A DNA stretch of 35,487 nucleotides from Nemertoderma westbladi. Taxonomy: Eukaryota > Animalia > Xenacoelomorpha. The translations under genes were made by a program, and so were the position numbers. The stretch is from the NCBI GenBank assembly GCA_032718475.1, contig JAUCBJ010004695.1, positions 1-35,487 on the forward strand. The letters are read 5' to 3'. How positions within the stretch are numbered: the stretch's first letter is position 1; each line of letters starts with the position of its first letter. Below the pieces are notes generated by a model that searched no databases, had not been told where the DNA came from, and worked only from the letters and a program-made list of their open reading frames with translations. Below, piece by piece: positions 34,654 through 35,487 of this stretch.

Positions 34654-35487
34654 TTACTTTGATGGTGCCATACGTTTTGGAGTTTTTGGTACTTTCCCTC
34701 GATGTCTTTTCCTATTACTCCTTTCTTCATACTTAATGAGTATAGGCTCCAAATTTTTGGAATCCTTGAGTTCACCAACTAATCTCTCAGCAGGTTGATT
34801 AGATGCAAGGATGGTATTTGCTATTCGATCAATCGTCTCCCAAAGAGGATGTTCTACACTAGCATATACGTCAGTTAGTTGTTCTCTAATTGAGGGCAGA
34901 ATATGAGGTGAGACTTGACAACGGTTCATCCAATTAGGGTATTCCAGCAAATCATTAATTGACAATGTTACTAGTTTCAGTTTTGGGAATTGCAGAACTA
35001 TCCTGTTACTAAAGGTTGAACTACAACTCTCATTGCTTTTAAAAGCAGAATCTGTCACTATAGCTCGATATTCCTTGTCTAATGGAAGGAAAGAAGAGTC
35101 TAAGTTATATAGATGTCGTTCTATTGCTGAAAAGTATGAAGTTGGCATGTTTAGTTTCACCCCAATATCAGCAAGCATGTTTGTGATTTGAAGGGTGTTC
35201 CTAATCATATTGGATCCATAAGTATCGACAGCAATCCGATGAGCCTGAAAGTGCACCACTGAATACTGCATAAATATATCTCCAAGTTGATTAAGTTTGC
35301 TAATGGACAACATTTCCTTTGTATTAAGACATATTGCTTCATCGGTCTTGGATTTAAAGCATTTGTTCGCATCTAGGGAGATTAAAGACTGCTTTAGCAA
35401 TGGGGGCAATAAGAATAATGTGAGCCATTGACCCCAACCCCCATGTGTTCAGCCAACGGACTCCAACATTAAGTATTCATATTCTGC
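34654..35487 (-). pseudogene. C-terminal part of a putative DDE (possibly hAT-related) transposase running off the window
   Basis: 251-aa ORF with ILASNQPAERLVGELK and a basic tail. An upstream frame reads NVGVRWLNT across an apparent frameshift in a G run. The family call is tentative. Confidence 0.45.

Overview
AT-rich, repeat-dense animal (invertebrate-looking) genomic DNA, not prokaryotic. There are two apparently intact host genes, both with uninterrupted coding sequences on the minus strand: a SIRT3/SIRT2-type class I sirtuin with a long heptad-repeat N-terminus (19615-21378) and a FoxN2/3 forkhead factor (28715-30253). An apparently complete pogo-superfamily DD35D transposon (30357-33351; perfect 22-bp TIRs, TA target duplication, intact ORF) sits about 100 bp upstream of the FoxN ATG. 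The most striking structure is a 10.2-kb foldback-type element (4016-14239). Its inverted arms consist of a ~330-bp unique outer part plus a 27-28-bp tandem array, and it is flanked by an AGTTA (or CAGTTAG) direct repeat. Inside it, a protein ORF can be rebuilt in frame by removing two nested insertions. The rest of the window is satellites, MITEs and decayed RTE, CR1/L2, BEL/Pao, Harbinger and possible hAT-like fragments. All family assignments come from motifs recognised by eye; no searches were run.
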